From the IMG/VR virus record IMGVR_UViG_3300028027_000003: a stretch of DNA of 61,672 bases, one strand, 5' to 3'. A program made the translations under genes and the position numbers. The stretch's first letter is position 1. Each line of letters begins with the position of its first letter. Source of the DNA: a virus. The notes under the pieces were generated by a model. The model did not search any database. It saw only the letters and a program-made list of their open reading frames with translations, and was not told the DNA's origin. Below are positions 54,383-61,672 of the stretch, piece by piece.

Positions 54383-54430
54383 AAAAAACCCCTCAAGGAG
54401 TAATCCTTAAGGGGTTATTTTTTTTTATTT
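54383..54430. terminator. Bidirectional hairpin terminator at the convergence of the two arms
   Basis: aaaaaa-cccctcaagga-gtaa-tccttaagggg-ttattttttttt; A-run and T-run flank the stem. Confidence 0.8.
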
Positions 54431-54685
54431 CTTTGTAAGCTCTTTAATTTGTTTACGAGTATCATTAGCAAGTTTATCTGCTTTAGACAAAGCATTTTCA
54501 GGAGAATAACCTTTAGTAAGGTATCCTTCATAATTTTCTCGATGCATCTTTTTAATTGCTGCTTCATTAATTGCAGGTGTACCCGCTAAATTAGGGTCTA
54601 ATCCCAAACTTTCACACACATCAGCATCAGAGGTTTCTGTATCACCTCTTAAAGCAAAGATGTTATAGTTTTTATATTCATTCAT
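54425..54685 (-). CDS. Hypothetical protein
   Basis: ORF track; last gene of the minus arm. Confidence 0.5.
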   Translation of the reverse strand: MNEYKNYNIFALRGDTETSDADVCESLGLDPNLAGTPAINEAAIKKMHRENYEGYLTKGYSPENALSKADKLANDTRKQIKELTKK

Positions 54686-55161
54686 TTAAAACTCTTTCCA
54701 ATAGTTGCTTTGACTTTCCAATGAAGTTTATTTAAGTCTCTTAGGTAATCACCAATATAAGTATTTAATCCACCATAACCAGCTTCTTCAGATACTTCAA
54801 ATAAACCTTGAGCATTTTGTATTAAGATTTCAAAGTCATTACATAACTCAGTAAACATAGTCTTGCTTGACTCGCCTAATTTATTACACTCAACAATCTC
54901 AGTAATATCTAAGATAGCTTTAAGAGAAGGTAATGCTGGCTTATCTAGCTGACGTAGCTGTTCACCTAAAGAATCATGTTGTGCCCATAAAAAATCATAA
55001 ATCTCGTTTAATAGCTCATGATCTTGAACAAAAGTTGGTCCTTCAACATTGAAATGATAGCCATGAGACTTGTAATATACAGTAAAGTTATCTGCAAAAA
55101 GATTTCGTAATGGTACTAATACTGTTGCAAGACTAGATACCGATAGCGGGGGTGTTGCCAT
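54682..55161 (-). CDS. Dps/ferritin-like protein
   Basis: YYKSHGYHFNVEGPTFVQDHELLNEIY..HDSLGEQLRQL parallels the Dps pattern Y.K..NFHW.V.G..F...H..F.E.Y...D..AERI; likely start MATPPLS at 55161. Confidence 0.7.
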   Translation of the reverse strand: MATPPLSVSSLATVLVPLRNLFADNFTVYYKSHGYHFNVEGPTFVQDHELLNEIYDFLWAQHDSLGEQLRQLDKPALPSLKAILDITEIVECNKLGESSKTMFTELCNDFEILIQNAQGLFEVSEEAGYGGLNTYIGDYLRDLNKLHWKVKATIGKSFK

Positions 55162-55264
55162 TAGGTTGTTCCTTAGTTGGTTGTTTCTTTTTACCAAAGA
55201 TTTGATCGTAGTTATCTTTGTATTTTTGTTCGTCAGTAGGTCTACGACCGCTACCCTTACCCAT
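55133..55264 (-). CDS. Small basic protein (43 aa, below cutoff)
   Basis: Hand translation MGKGSGRRPTDEQKYKDNYDQIFGKKKQ...; G-x-GRRP..KY..NYD.IFG pattern recalled from many phages. Confidence 0.5.
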   Translation of the reverse strand: MGKGSGRRPTDEQKYKDNYDQIFGKKKQPTKEQPNGNTPAIGI

Positions 55265-55502
55265 TAGCTTCTTCCCATTCATTAAAAACAGGGGAGTCTT
55301 CTACAAAATCTAAATGAGTACCTGCTGGAGGATAATAACCCATAGCACGTAAGAATCGTTCAAACTGTTCTACTACCTCAGAGATGTGTACATGGGCAGA
55401 CATCTCCATACGAGTTGCTAAATGTGGTGTGGTGTATTTAGATTCAAAGACAATAACATCTTTGTTCTCACACATATCTTCAATATCATACTCATTAATC
55501 AT
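55257..55502 (-). CDS. Hypothetical protein
   Basis: ORF track. Confidence 0.5.
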   Translation of the reverse strand: MINEYDIEDMCENKDVIVFESKYTTPHLATRMEMSAHVHISEVVEQFERFLRAMGYYPPAGTHLDFVEDSPVFNEWEEANG

Positions 55503-55833
55503 TTAACAATTCCTCTAGTGTTACTGTTTTATTTGCTAACTTACGTTCTTTGTTTTGTTCTGTTTTCCTTTTATTAAATTCAGGAAAGTGTTTTTCCATA
55601 AGGCTACGATAAGCAGATAATTCTTCAATAAGAATACTGATCTTACCAAGCTTATTTGCAAAGTCTTTAGAATCAAATACATGAAAGTCTAAATTAATAT
55701 TCCTATTACAATCAGAAATAATGATATCACCACCCATAGACCATGACCCAGACTGAAAGTCAGTTTGAATAGCAGCTAATCCTTCTTTTTTATTTAAGAA
55801 CTTACGAGTAGTACGTTGGAAATCTTTTTTCAT
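55495..55833 (-). CDS. Hypothetical protein
   Basis: ORF track. Confidence 0.5.
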   Translation of the reverse strand: MKKDFQRTTRKFLNKKEGLAAIQTDFQSGSWSMGGDIIISDCNRNINLDFHVFDSKDFANKLGKISILIEELSAYRSLMEKHFPEFNKRKTEQNKERKLANKTVTLEELLND

Positions 55834-55834
55834 A

Positions 55835-56188
55835 TTACGTTAATACCTTCATAGATTTAACAATAGCACAGAAAATATAATCTTTAGCTTTTTGTTCTAC
55901 AGGTAATTCATCATAAGGTACCATACAAGGGTGCTTTTTATTCTCAACATCTTTAACTTCACCGTATAACCAACCATCTAATTCTTTTTCTTGATACCAA
56001 GAATTATGGCTAGCTTCAGGACCAGCATTATGATTATTGTAATGGAATACAACTCCATTGTACGCCGATTGTTTCTGCCAATCAGGTGCTTCTTCCCATG
56101 ATAATTGGGAATCATCTCCTAAAGATAAACAGTAAGCACGATTAGCTTCATGACATACTTTAGCAATGTTTTCTAATGTTGGTTTCAT
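55835..56188 (-). CDS. RyR-domain-like protein
   Basis: CHEANRAYC..SWEEAPDWQK..GWLYGEVKDVENKKHPCMVPYDELPVEQKAKD resembles the RyR domain pattern (HE.W...GW.YG.....K.HP.LVPY.ELP...K). Confidence 0.55.
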   Translation of the reverse strand: MKPTLENIAKVCHEANRAYCLSLGDDSQLSWEEAPDWQKQSAYNGVVFHYNNHNAGPEASHNSWYQEKELDGWLYGEVKDVENKKHPCMVPYDELPVEQKAKDYIFCAIVKSMKVLT

Positions 56189-56203
56189 TTGTGTCCTTAA
56201 TTA

Positions 56204-56278
56204 TGGTAGGTCATACAGGAATCGAACCTGTATTGATGGCTTAGAAGGCCATTGTTCTGTCCATTGAACTAATGACCT
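56204..56278 (-). tRNA. trnR(UCU): tRNA-Arg (anticodon UCU), CCA encoded
   Basis: Hand-folded cloverleaf: acceptor AGGTCAT/ATGACCT, anticodon arm ATGGC-CTTCTAA-GCCAT, T arm ACAGG-TTCGATT-CCTGT. Confidence 0.85.
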
Positions 56279-56283
56279 ATGTA

Positions 56284-56370
56284 TGGTGGATTTTCTAGGA
56301 GTCGAACCTAGTTGCCCCTAAGGGCTACAGATTTACAGTCTGCTGCAGTCGCCAATGCTGCTCAAAATCC
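56284..56370 (-). tRNA. trnY(GUA): tRNA-Tyr (anticodon GUA), long variable arm, CCA encoded
   Basis: Acceptor GGATTTT/AAAATCC, loop CTGTAAA, 87 nt with a class II extra arm, T arm CTAGG-TTCGACT-CCTAG. Confidence 0.85.
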
Positions 56371-56673
56371 TTGTTGTTTAGTTGTTGGTGGCTCCAATTT
56401 GCCTTGCCCCGCTAAGGTAAGCACACGCAGAGTCTTGTCTCAACCAAGGATTGCGTTTCCTTTGGCATAGCCACAGCGTCCTGTAGCGTTACGAACTTCA
56501 CACCAACACGGCTGGGGACTGTTCAGGTGGTCTAGGGCTTCTTCTCTCCCCACCTACGGCGTAGCATCCTTTCGGTCTAGCCCTCAGCCGCAATCCCCAT
56601 GCGTCTTGATGTTAAAGAAACACCCCCATAAAGAGGGTGTCGGGCCACAGATACGATCTTGTGGGGAATTAAA
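56371..56673 (-). ncRNA. Unclassified ~300-nt GC-rich structured RNA embedded in the tRNA array
   Basis: No ORF; GC far above genome; multiple hairpins and an 8-bp long-range pairing (56448-56455 with 56589-56596); co-oriented with the tRNAs downstream of the promoter at 56937. Confidence 0.5.
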
Positions 56674-56748
56674 TGGTTGCGGAGGAAGGATTCGCACCTT
56701 CGACTTCTGGATTATGAGTCCAGCACTCTACTACTGAGCTACTCCGCT
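56674..56748 (-). tRNA. trnM(CAU): tRNA with CAU anticodon (Met, fMet or Ile2), A1xA72 mismatch
   Basis: Anticodon arm CTGGA-CTCATAA-TCCAG, T arm GAAGG-TGCGAAT-CCTTC, CCA encoded. Confidence 0.8.
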
Positions 56749-56756
56749 ATATTCAT

Positions 56757-56831
56757 TGGTTGCGGAAACTGGATTCGAACCAGTAACCAAGGGATTATGA
56801 GTCCCCTGCTCTACCTTTAAGCTATCCCGCA
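56757..56831 (-). tRNA. trnM(CAU): Second, different tRNA with CAU anticodon
   Basis: Acceptor TGCGGGA/TTCCGCA, anticodon arm GGGGA-CTCATAA-TCCCT, T arm ACTGG-TTCGAAT-CCAGT, CCA encoded. Confidence 0.8.
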
Positions 56832-56839
56832 TTATGCAT

Positions 56840-56912
56840 TGGGTACTCGGTAATGGATTTAAACCATTATCTCTCAATTAATCGTTGATTGCTTTACTTA
56901 AGCTAACCGAGC
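56840..56912 (-). tRNA. Degenerate tRNA-like element (cloverleaf folds, non-canonical loops)
   Basis: Acceptor GCTCGGT/ACCGAGT, T arm AATGG-TTTAAAT-CCATT, anticodon loop CGATTAA with G33; anticodon assignment unreliable. Confidence 0.35.
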
Positions 56913-56915
56913 TTG

Positions 56916-56937
56916 TTCTCTATTAGGGGACGTCTGT
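56916..56937 (-). promoter_or_regulatory. Phage RNAP promoter candidate driving the tRNA/ncRNA array
   Basis: Minus strand reads ACAGACGTCCCCTAATAGAGAA; overlaps the thioredoxin stop codon. Confidence 0.65.
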
Positions 56938-57192
56938 ACTTGTAATAAAAATATCTAACTCCTGTAATGAAATAGAACCATTAATCTTTCTGATCATATT
57001 ATCATTGTCATCGGTCAATACAAACGTAGGTACAGTCTTGATACCGTATAGTGCAGCCTTATCTGGATCTTTATGAGCATTAATATTATTTAATACAACA
57101 CCATAGTCCAACATAAAGTCTACGTCTTTAATTCGTTCTGACATTTGTTTACAAGGAACACAAGTGTCAGTATAAAATTTATATAAGTTCAT
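56923..57192 (-). CDS. Thioredoxin-like protein
   Basis: CVPC active site in FYTDTCVPCKQM and cis-Pro motif KTVPTFVL. Confidence 0.8.
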   Translation of the reverse strand: MNLYKFYTDTCVPCKQMSERIKDVDFMLDYGVVLNNINAHKDPDKAALYGIKTVPTFVLTDDNDNMIRKINGSISLQELDIFITSTDVP

Positions 57193-57607
57193 TTTTTGTT
57201 GGTATTAAAAACCATTCTCCATTTGTTTTATATTCTGAAAATATTTCATGATATGTAGATTCCATATAGCCTTCATTAATACCTTCATACAACACATGTA
57301 AAGGATAAGGATTAGACACTTCTAAATTTTTTAATCTGTCTGCTAAATTATCTGTAGAACCTATTTTAACATATTCTCCACAACCAATCATATACAAATG
57401 ATTTTTTGATTGAGCATCTAAACCTTTACGTCCATTAATTCTAGTAGCACAAGATTTACATTGAGTAGATTTACCTGTTCTTAAGTTAGAATCTTTTACA
57501 ATACCCTCTTTACCGCAATCACAAATACACTTGTACTTTGAATTATAATTCTTTGTTTTAGAATCAAATTCAAGTACAAGCCACTTATTAAACCTCTGAC
57601 CAATCAT
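57179..57607 (-). CDS. Homing-endonuclease-like protein (N-terminal Cys-rich DNA-binding region plus T5orf172/GIY-YIG-like domain)
   Basis: CICDCG..CKSC then HLYMIGCGEYVKIGSTDNLADRLKNLEVSNPYPL..GEWF; the ORF track start (57694) overlaps RNR, ATG MIGQRF at 57607 has AGGAGG. Confidence 0.65.
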   Translation of the reverse strand: MIGQRFNKWLVLEFDSKTKNYNSKYKCICDCGKEGIVKDSNLRTGKSTQCKSCATRINGRKGLDAQSKNHLYMIGCGEYVKIGSTDNLADRLKNLEVSNPYPLHVLYEGINEGYMESTYHEIFSEYKTNGEWFLIPTKNELI

Positions 57608-57617
57608 AATAGTTACC

Positions 57618-57639
57618 CTCCTATTAGGGGCCAACTGGC
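57618..57639 (-). promoter_or_regulatory. Phage RNAP promoter candidate
   Basis: Minus strand reads GCCAGTTGGCCCCTAATAGGAG, its 3' AGGAGG doubling as the SD of 57607 gene. Confidence 0.6.
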
Positions 57640-57650
57640 CAGTAGTTGAG

Positions 57651-59525
57651 TTATATTTCACATCCCCCAGCAGCGCAACTAAGTGTCTGTACACCCTCTA
57701 CATTATCACGATCTTCAATAAAGTTTTCCCAATCAATAGTTGGTAGTGTATCTTTTAAACGATGGTATACAGACAAGTCAATATCTTCATATGGAGCCTG
57801 ACGATAAGTACCACCATCATCAGGTAAGAAGCTGATACCAGTACACTCATCAAAGTGTTCATATACCCATGCACCTACTTCAACCCACTCATGTTCTTTA
57901 ACAGAGATAGTTACAGAAGGTTTATGTTCGCACCAGTAACGCTGATACATTAACCAGATATTTAAATGATCAATAGCGGTTAAGTCTTTGCGAGTAAACC
58001 CAGGAGCATGTTGAGGGAAACTAAACACAGTAGTTTGGTCAGGCTTCATTACACAGTCTTCATTAGGTAAACCTTGTTCAACTAGGAACTGTGTTAATGG
58101 GTCTTTCTTATCTTGACGAATACGTCTAATATAGTATGGAGCATGTCCTGCATGGATACCACTACTTGTTTGTGTTAACTGAGATACAGTACCCTCAGGT
58201 TTAACGCAAGTAATAGCAGTAGATTCTGGTACACCTAAGATTTCAGCCCATTCTTTATTAGTCTCACGAGCAACATCACGTAGCTTTTGGAGTACAACTT
58301 CTAAGTCATAACCATCACCACGGAGAATAGCATTGTCTAAGATACCAGTCATAGATACACCTAATAAGCGTTCTGCTTCAGTGTTAGTACGCCAGATATC
58401 ACGTAGATAAGGGAAGTATGTTAGGGTGGATTGCATGGTTCCCATAATAGTAGCAACTCTAACTTTGTGCTTAAGGGATTCAAGTGTATCCTTCGGTGAC
58501 ACGACAACGGTGGATAGGTTACAAAATTGGTATGGCTTAAGGATGATTTCTGAACAGGGATTAGTTCCGTAATCAGTATCCGCTGATCGTCTTCCCCATT
58601 TAGCTGCTTGTTTTTGTGATGCTTCACGATTAAAGATTCCTCGTTCACCTGAATGACTGTTGTAGATATCTAACCATTCCTTCATGAACTCACCTACAGA
58701 AGGTTTGCTGTTATACACAGCTGAGTTATTAGCTAAGGCACGTTCACCATGTTGTTCCCACCATGTACCTGTCTTAGCAGTAGCATGGTCATAGTCACCT
58801 AAGTCACCTAAGCTAATCATAGCACTACGGCGTACACCACCTACAACAACTACTTCACCAATCTTACACATGATATCATGGCACTCGATAGGTTTTAATT
58901 GGCGGTCTTGAGCATTAGTAAATTTATTAACTGTGTAGCTGAATAGATCAATCAATGGGCCAGGACCAGAAGCACGACCACCAAAGGTTTTTAATGGAGC
59001 ACCAGCAGGGCGTACTAAGGATGTATCCCATAATGGAATAATACCTTTGTATAATAAATCAATTAAGATACGATAAGCATCACACCAACCTTCTTTGCTA
59101 TCTTGAACTTGGATAGTGATAGCATTATCTTGTACTAGTGGGGGTACAATCGGTAACTGATTTGTATATTGTTGTTCAGCCGAGAAGCCCACTCCAGTGC
59201 CACATAGTAGGATGTACATGGCTTCATCAAAACAACGAGGATTATCGACAGGTAAGTAAGAACAATTATATGCTGCTACGTTAGTACGGCGTAAAGCCTC
59301 TCCAGCAGTCATAATAGAACGCATTGAAGGTAATGTAGACAAACTATTAATTTCTTTACGTAGGATTCCCCAGATACTATCGTCTGGTTTTAATTTATTC
59401 TTTAATTCCTTTTGAAAGAAAGTTACCCAGCGATCTGCTGTTTCACCCCAATTTTCTCTACGTTTTTTCTCAGGTAAGTAACGAGCATAACGGGATTTAG
59501 CAATAAGTTGTTGATAAGAGTTCAT
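57651..59525 (-). CDS. nrdJ: Ribonucleotide reductase, class II (monomeric, B12-dependent type)
   Basis: GTNPCSEI and FCNLS active-site motifs, Cys-containing C-terminal tail SCAAGGCEI, no small-subunit gene in the genome. Confidence 0.75.
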   Translation of the reverse strand: MNSYQQLIAKSRYARYLPEKKRRENWGETADRWVTFFQKELKNKLKPDDSIWGILRKEINSLSTLPSMRSIMTAGEALRRTNVAAYNCSYLPVDNPRCFDEAMYILLCGTGVGFSAEQQYTNQLPIVPPLVQDNAITIQVQDSKEGWCDAYRILIDLLYKGIIPLWDTSLVRPAGAPLKTFGGRASGPGPLIDLFSYTVNKFTNAQDRQLKPIECHDIMCKIGEVVVVGGVRRSAMISLGDLGDYDHATAKTGTWWEQHGERALANNSAVYNSKPSVGEFMKEWLDIYNSHSGERGIFNREASQKQAAKWGRRSADTDYGTNPCSEIILKPYQFCNLSTVVVSPKDTLESLKHKVRVATIMGTMQSTLTYFPYLRDIWRTNTEAERLLGVSMTGILDNAILRGDGYDLEVVLQKLRDVARETNKEWAEILGVPESTAITCVKPEGTVSQLTQTSSGIHAGHAPYYIRRIRQDKKDPLTQFLVEQGLPNEDCVMKPDQTTVFSFPQHAPGFTRKDLTAIDHLNIWLMYQRYWCEHKPSVTISVKEHEWVEVGAWVYEHFDECTGISFLPDDGGTYRQAPYEDIDLSVYHRLKDTLPTIDWENFIEDRDNVEGVQTLSCAAGGCEI

Positions 59526-59554
59526 GATTTCCTTGTATTATTATGGGTGTTGTT

Positions 59555-59578
59555 CTTCGGTATTAGGGGCCATCTAAC
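59555..59578 (-). promoter_or_regulatory. Variant phage RNAP promoter candidate upstream of the RNR gene
   Basis: Minus strand reads GTTAGATGGCCCCTAATACCGAAG; overlaps the RNAP stop codon; diverges after CCCCTAATA. Confidence 0.5.
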
Positions 59579-61672
59579 AGAAAAAGTATTTAGAATCATA
59601 GACTTGTTTCAAATCTAGATCACCTTCTTCTGGAGGAGGATAATTAAAGCTTTCTTTATTAAGCATTAAGGTATCCATAAGATTACTAAAGAAGTCTTCA
59701 ATATCATATTGAGCTATGAAGGTCATCTTAGTTACTTCTTGTAGAAAATCAACTTCGCTAGCATGAGTGCTAAAGCTATCATGGACAGCACCAAAATTAC
59801 CGTTGAAAATGGAGATAACATTAGCCATATGAGCCGCATCATAACTATGAACGACATTAGGACTAATCCCAGAAGCAAAAGATCTACGGCAGGGGACTTT
59901 TTCACCTGTTTCTTTATTGAGGACATCCACTTTGATGACATGTCGGATCCTTCCTTTAGGGTTACCAGCAATACCTTTAATAGTACCTCTGTGTTTACGT
60001 TCATGTTGTAAGAATGCCTTGTATACTACAGGGAATCCTGAAGGGGTATGCCATGACAATTGGTTACGACCAGAATTAAGCTCATGTTCAGCAATTTTCT
60101 GTAAAAACTTAGTAGTCTTTAATGGGCCAGAGCATACAGTGTTAATAGCTTTAATTAAGTTACCTGCTAACTCTCCACATTCAGACTCAGTAATACCATA
60201 CTTAACAGTGAAACCTTCTACGTGGCAGTCATCATACATATTTTTAGCAATACGTTGTTTGCCTGCTGAGTACGCACGAGTCATAGAACCTCGTTTAGCA
60301 ATACCTTTTCGGATGTCTTTCATAGGCATCTTTTTATTTTCAAAGTAGTCAGGCATTAAGCCAATAAGTTCTTTAGCTACTGCTACATAGAAGTCTTTCT
60401 GGATAGGTGTAGGTACTAATGATACTAGTGTACCTGCTTGTTTGTCTCTAGACATAGCTGCTAAATGCTGCCATCCGTTATTACTACCATCAATAGGAAT
60501 AGGAAAGCCAGACATATAAGGTTTACCTTTAAGCTTTGATTGAATATAGTTTTTTATTTCTAAACAACAAGCAAGGAAGCTATAGGGTTTCTCAGCAGAG
60601 ATATCAATAGCATTATGTTTAGATACACTTGCTATTAACTCTAGATTGTTATCTACCCATGTAGCTCTATCTTCAAGAGTCATTTTATCTAAAGAAATAG
60701 TATCAAGACCCTCTTCTTTAAGATATGTTTTGTAGTCAGTTGTAAAATAGCTTGGTAGCTTATTAGCATTAAATGATTTGTTATAGCATCCTGCTGTATG
60801 AACCTTTAACCAAAAGTATCCACGATCATCTACGTGTTTTTTATCAGCAAATAAAAAGAGACTACGAGCTAAGTCACTACCCTGAAACTCTAAGAAAGAT
60901 TCAGCATAATATACTCGACCACGATAGTCACATGATACTTCTTGATAGAAGGTTTGATCACCAATTAATTCTGCCTTCTTTACTACTTGATTGTATTCAA
61001 AGTATTTACTTAGCATACGTTGTAGCTTAGGGTCTTTCTTACCAAGAAAGGTAGTACCATCCATATGCTTAAGCTTCTTAGGTAAGTTTAGGTTTTCATA
61101 ATGAATATTATATTCATAAATAACACTATCACTATCAGTTAAAGACAATACCTCTGTTGGTTTAGCCTTAAGCATACCTTGTAAGACTCCTTGATTAAGT
61201 ACCCAAGGCTGTTGGCGTAATGTCTCAAGTGATTTGACAAAAGGTTTATCAAGGTATTCATGAAATAGTTTGCTGTTAGTCCATCCCTTAATAAAAGGTT
61301 CTTTAGTAAGGTTACTATACAGTCCAGCAATAGGTAACAATGGTTCAAATGAAGTACCTATTAATGTTGGTTTAATATTGTCAGGCATATTGACAATACG
61401 TACCATGTATGGGGCTTTAAACCCTTCATACTCACGGAAGATATCAATCAATCCATCTTGGAGAAACGTTTCGAGTAAAACATCTCCAAGAGCGAGAGTT
61501 GATTTGATGTTGTGTTCATCAGTTCCAATAGCTCTTGCGATTCGCTTTCCGATAAGGTCACTTGCAAAAGTAAGTTTAACTGATGCGCTATGAGTTGCAT
61601 TCTTGTTGCGAATACAGTAGCGGAGAAGTGTGTCCCACGATTCATTTACAAACCTTTCTAAGTCATATTCCC
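59574..61672 (-). CDS. Compact single-subunit (T7-type) RNA polymerase, main part; continues at 1..229
   Basis: CDYRGRVYYAE (DxxGR), PIPIDGSNNGWQHLAAM (motif A), RKGIAKRGSMTRAYSAG (motif B), AVHDSFSTH (motif C); the frame stays open upstream of the TTG at 61451 to the window end. Confidence 0.9.
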   Translation of the reverse strand, partial: EYDLERFVNESWDTLLRYCIRNKNATHSASVKLTFASDLIGKRIARAIGTDEHNIKSTLALGDVLLETFLQDGLIDIFREYEGFKAPYMVRIVNMPDNIKPTLIGTSFEPLLPIAGLYSNLTKEPFIKGWTNSKLFHEYLDKPFVKSLETLRQQPWVLNQGVLQGMLKAKPTEVLSLTDSDSVIYEYNIHYENLNLPKKLKHMDGTTFLGKKDPKLQRMLSKYFEYNQVVKKAELIGDQTFYQEVSCDYRGRVYYAESFLEFQGSDLARSLFLFADKKHVDDRGYFWLKVHTAGCYNKSFNANKLPSYFTTDYKTYLKEEGLDTISLDKMTLEDRATWVDNNLELIASVSKHNAIDISAEKPYSFLACCLEIKNYIQSKLKGKPYMSGFPIPIDGSNNGWQHLAAMSRDKQAGTLVSLVPTPIQKDFYVAVAKELIGLMPDYFENKKMPMKDIRKGIAKRGSMTRAYSAGKQRIAKNMYDDCHVEGFTVKYGITESECGELAGNLIKAINTVCSGPLKTTKFLQKIAEHELNSGRNQLSWHTPSGFPVVYKAFLQHERKHRGTIKGIAGNPKGRIRHVIKVDVLNKETGEKVPCRRSFASGISPNVVHSYDAAHMANVISIFNGNFGAVHDSFSTHASEVDFLQEVTKMTFIAQYDIEDFFSNLMDTLMLNKESFNYPPPEEGDLDLKQVYDSKYFFC
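61547..61672. repeat. Exact 126-bp copy of 1..126
   Basis: Read directly. Confidence 0.95.

Noticed and set aside
56371-56673. tmRNA, RNase P RNA, 6S RNA or a group I intron in a tRNA
   Set aside because: There is no tRNA-like T-arm (GGTTCGA) next to the ...gccacca end and no complementary 5' acceptor strand. There is no GGAAAGTCC-type P4 sequence. The flanking tRNAs are intact, so no split exon exists. It is left as unclassified.
56840-56912. Suppressor tRNA / stop-codon recoding
   Set aside because: The anticodon loop does not present CUA, UCA or UUA in a canonical 7-nt loop. All large genes are intact under the standard code.
61448-61645. 65-aa minus-strand ORF at the window end
   Set aside because: It is out of frame inside the N-terminal part of the RNAP gene, whose own frame is open through this whole stretch.
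1-61672. Lysogeny module, CRISPR-Cas, toxin-antitoxin or classical defence islands
   Set aside because: No integrase, recombinase, repressor-like HTH pair, cas genes or recognisable defence genes were seen in any frame. The genome looks strictly lytic.

Overview
The window is a complete, circularly closed tailed-phage genome of about 61.5 kb. Bases 1-126 are identical to 61547-61672, and the junction falls inside one gene. The genome is AT-rich, tightly packed, and has no integrase or other lysogeny genes. Two gene arms diverge from an odd non-coding block at about 18.0-18.6 kb and converge on a bidirectional terminator at about 54.4 kb.

The minus arm runs 17979 -> 1 -> wrap -> 54425. It encodes many tiny early ORFs, a gp2.5-like SSB, nucleotide-metabolism genes (two deaminases, MazG-like, deoxyribosyltransferase-like), family A DNA polymerase, FEN, primase-helicase, a compact ~733-aa T7-type RNA polymerase, class II RNR, thioredoxin, a tRNA array with an embedded ~300-nt GC-rich structured RNA, and RyR- and Dps-like proteins.

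The plus arm (18590-54376) encodes TerL, portal, scaffold, major capsid, a mosaic module of 4-5 receptor-binding proteins, a lysis cassette (embedded spanins, M15 endolysin), PhoH, virion proteins and three giant ORFs.

Main leads:
1. The last giant ORF (1198 aa) carries the ordered motif set of single-subunit RNA polymerases. It is a candidate miniature N4-style virion RNAP, in a genome whose layout also resembles N4.
2. A ~330-nt block at the arm divergence point is almost free of T on one strand.
3. An eight-copy phage promoter family (CCCCTAATAG) is absent from the early block and from directly upstream of the RNAP gene.
4. Conserved hairpin elements precede the first early genes.
5. An unclassified structured RNA sits inside the tRNA array.

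All functional calls come from motifs read by eye. No database search was run.
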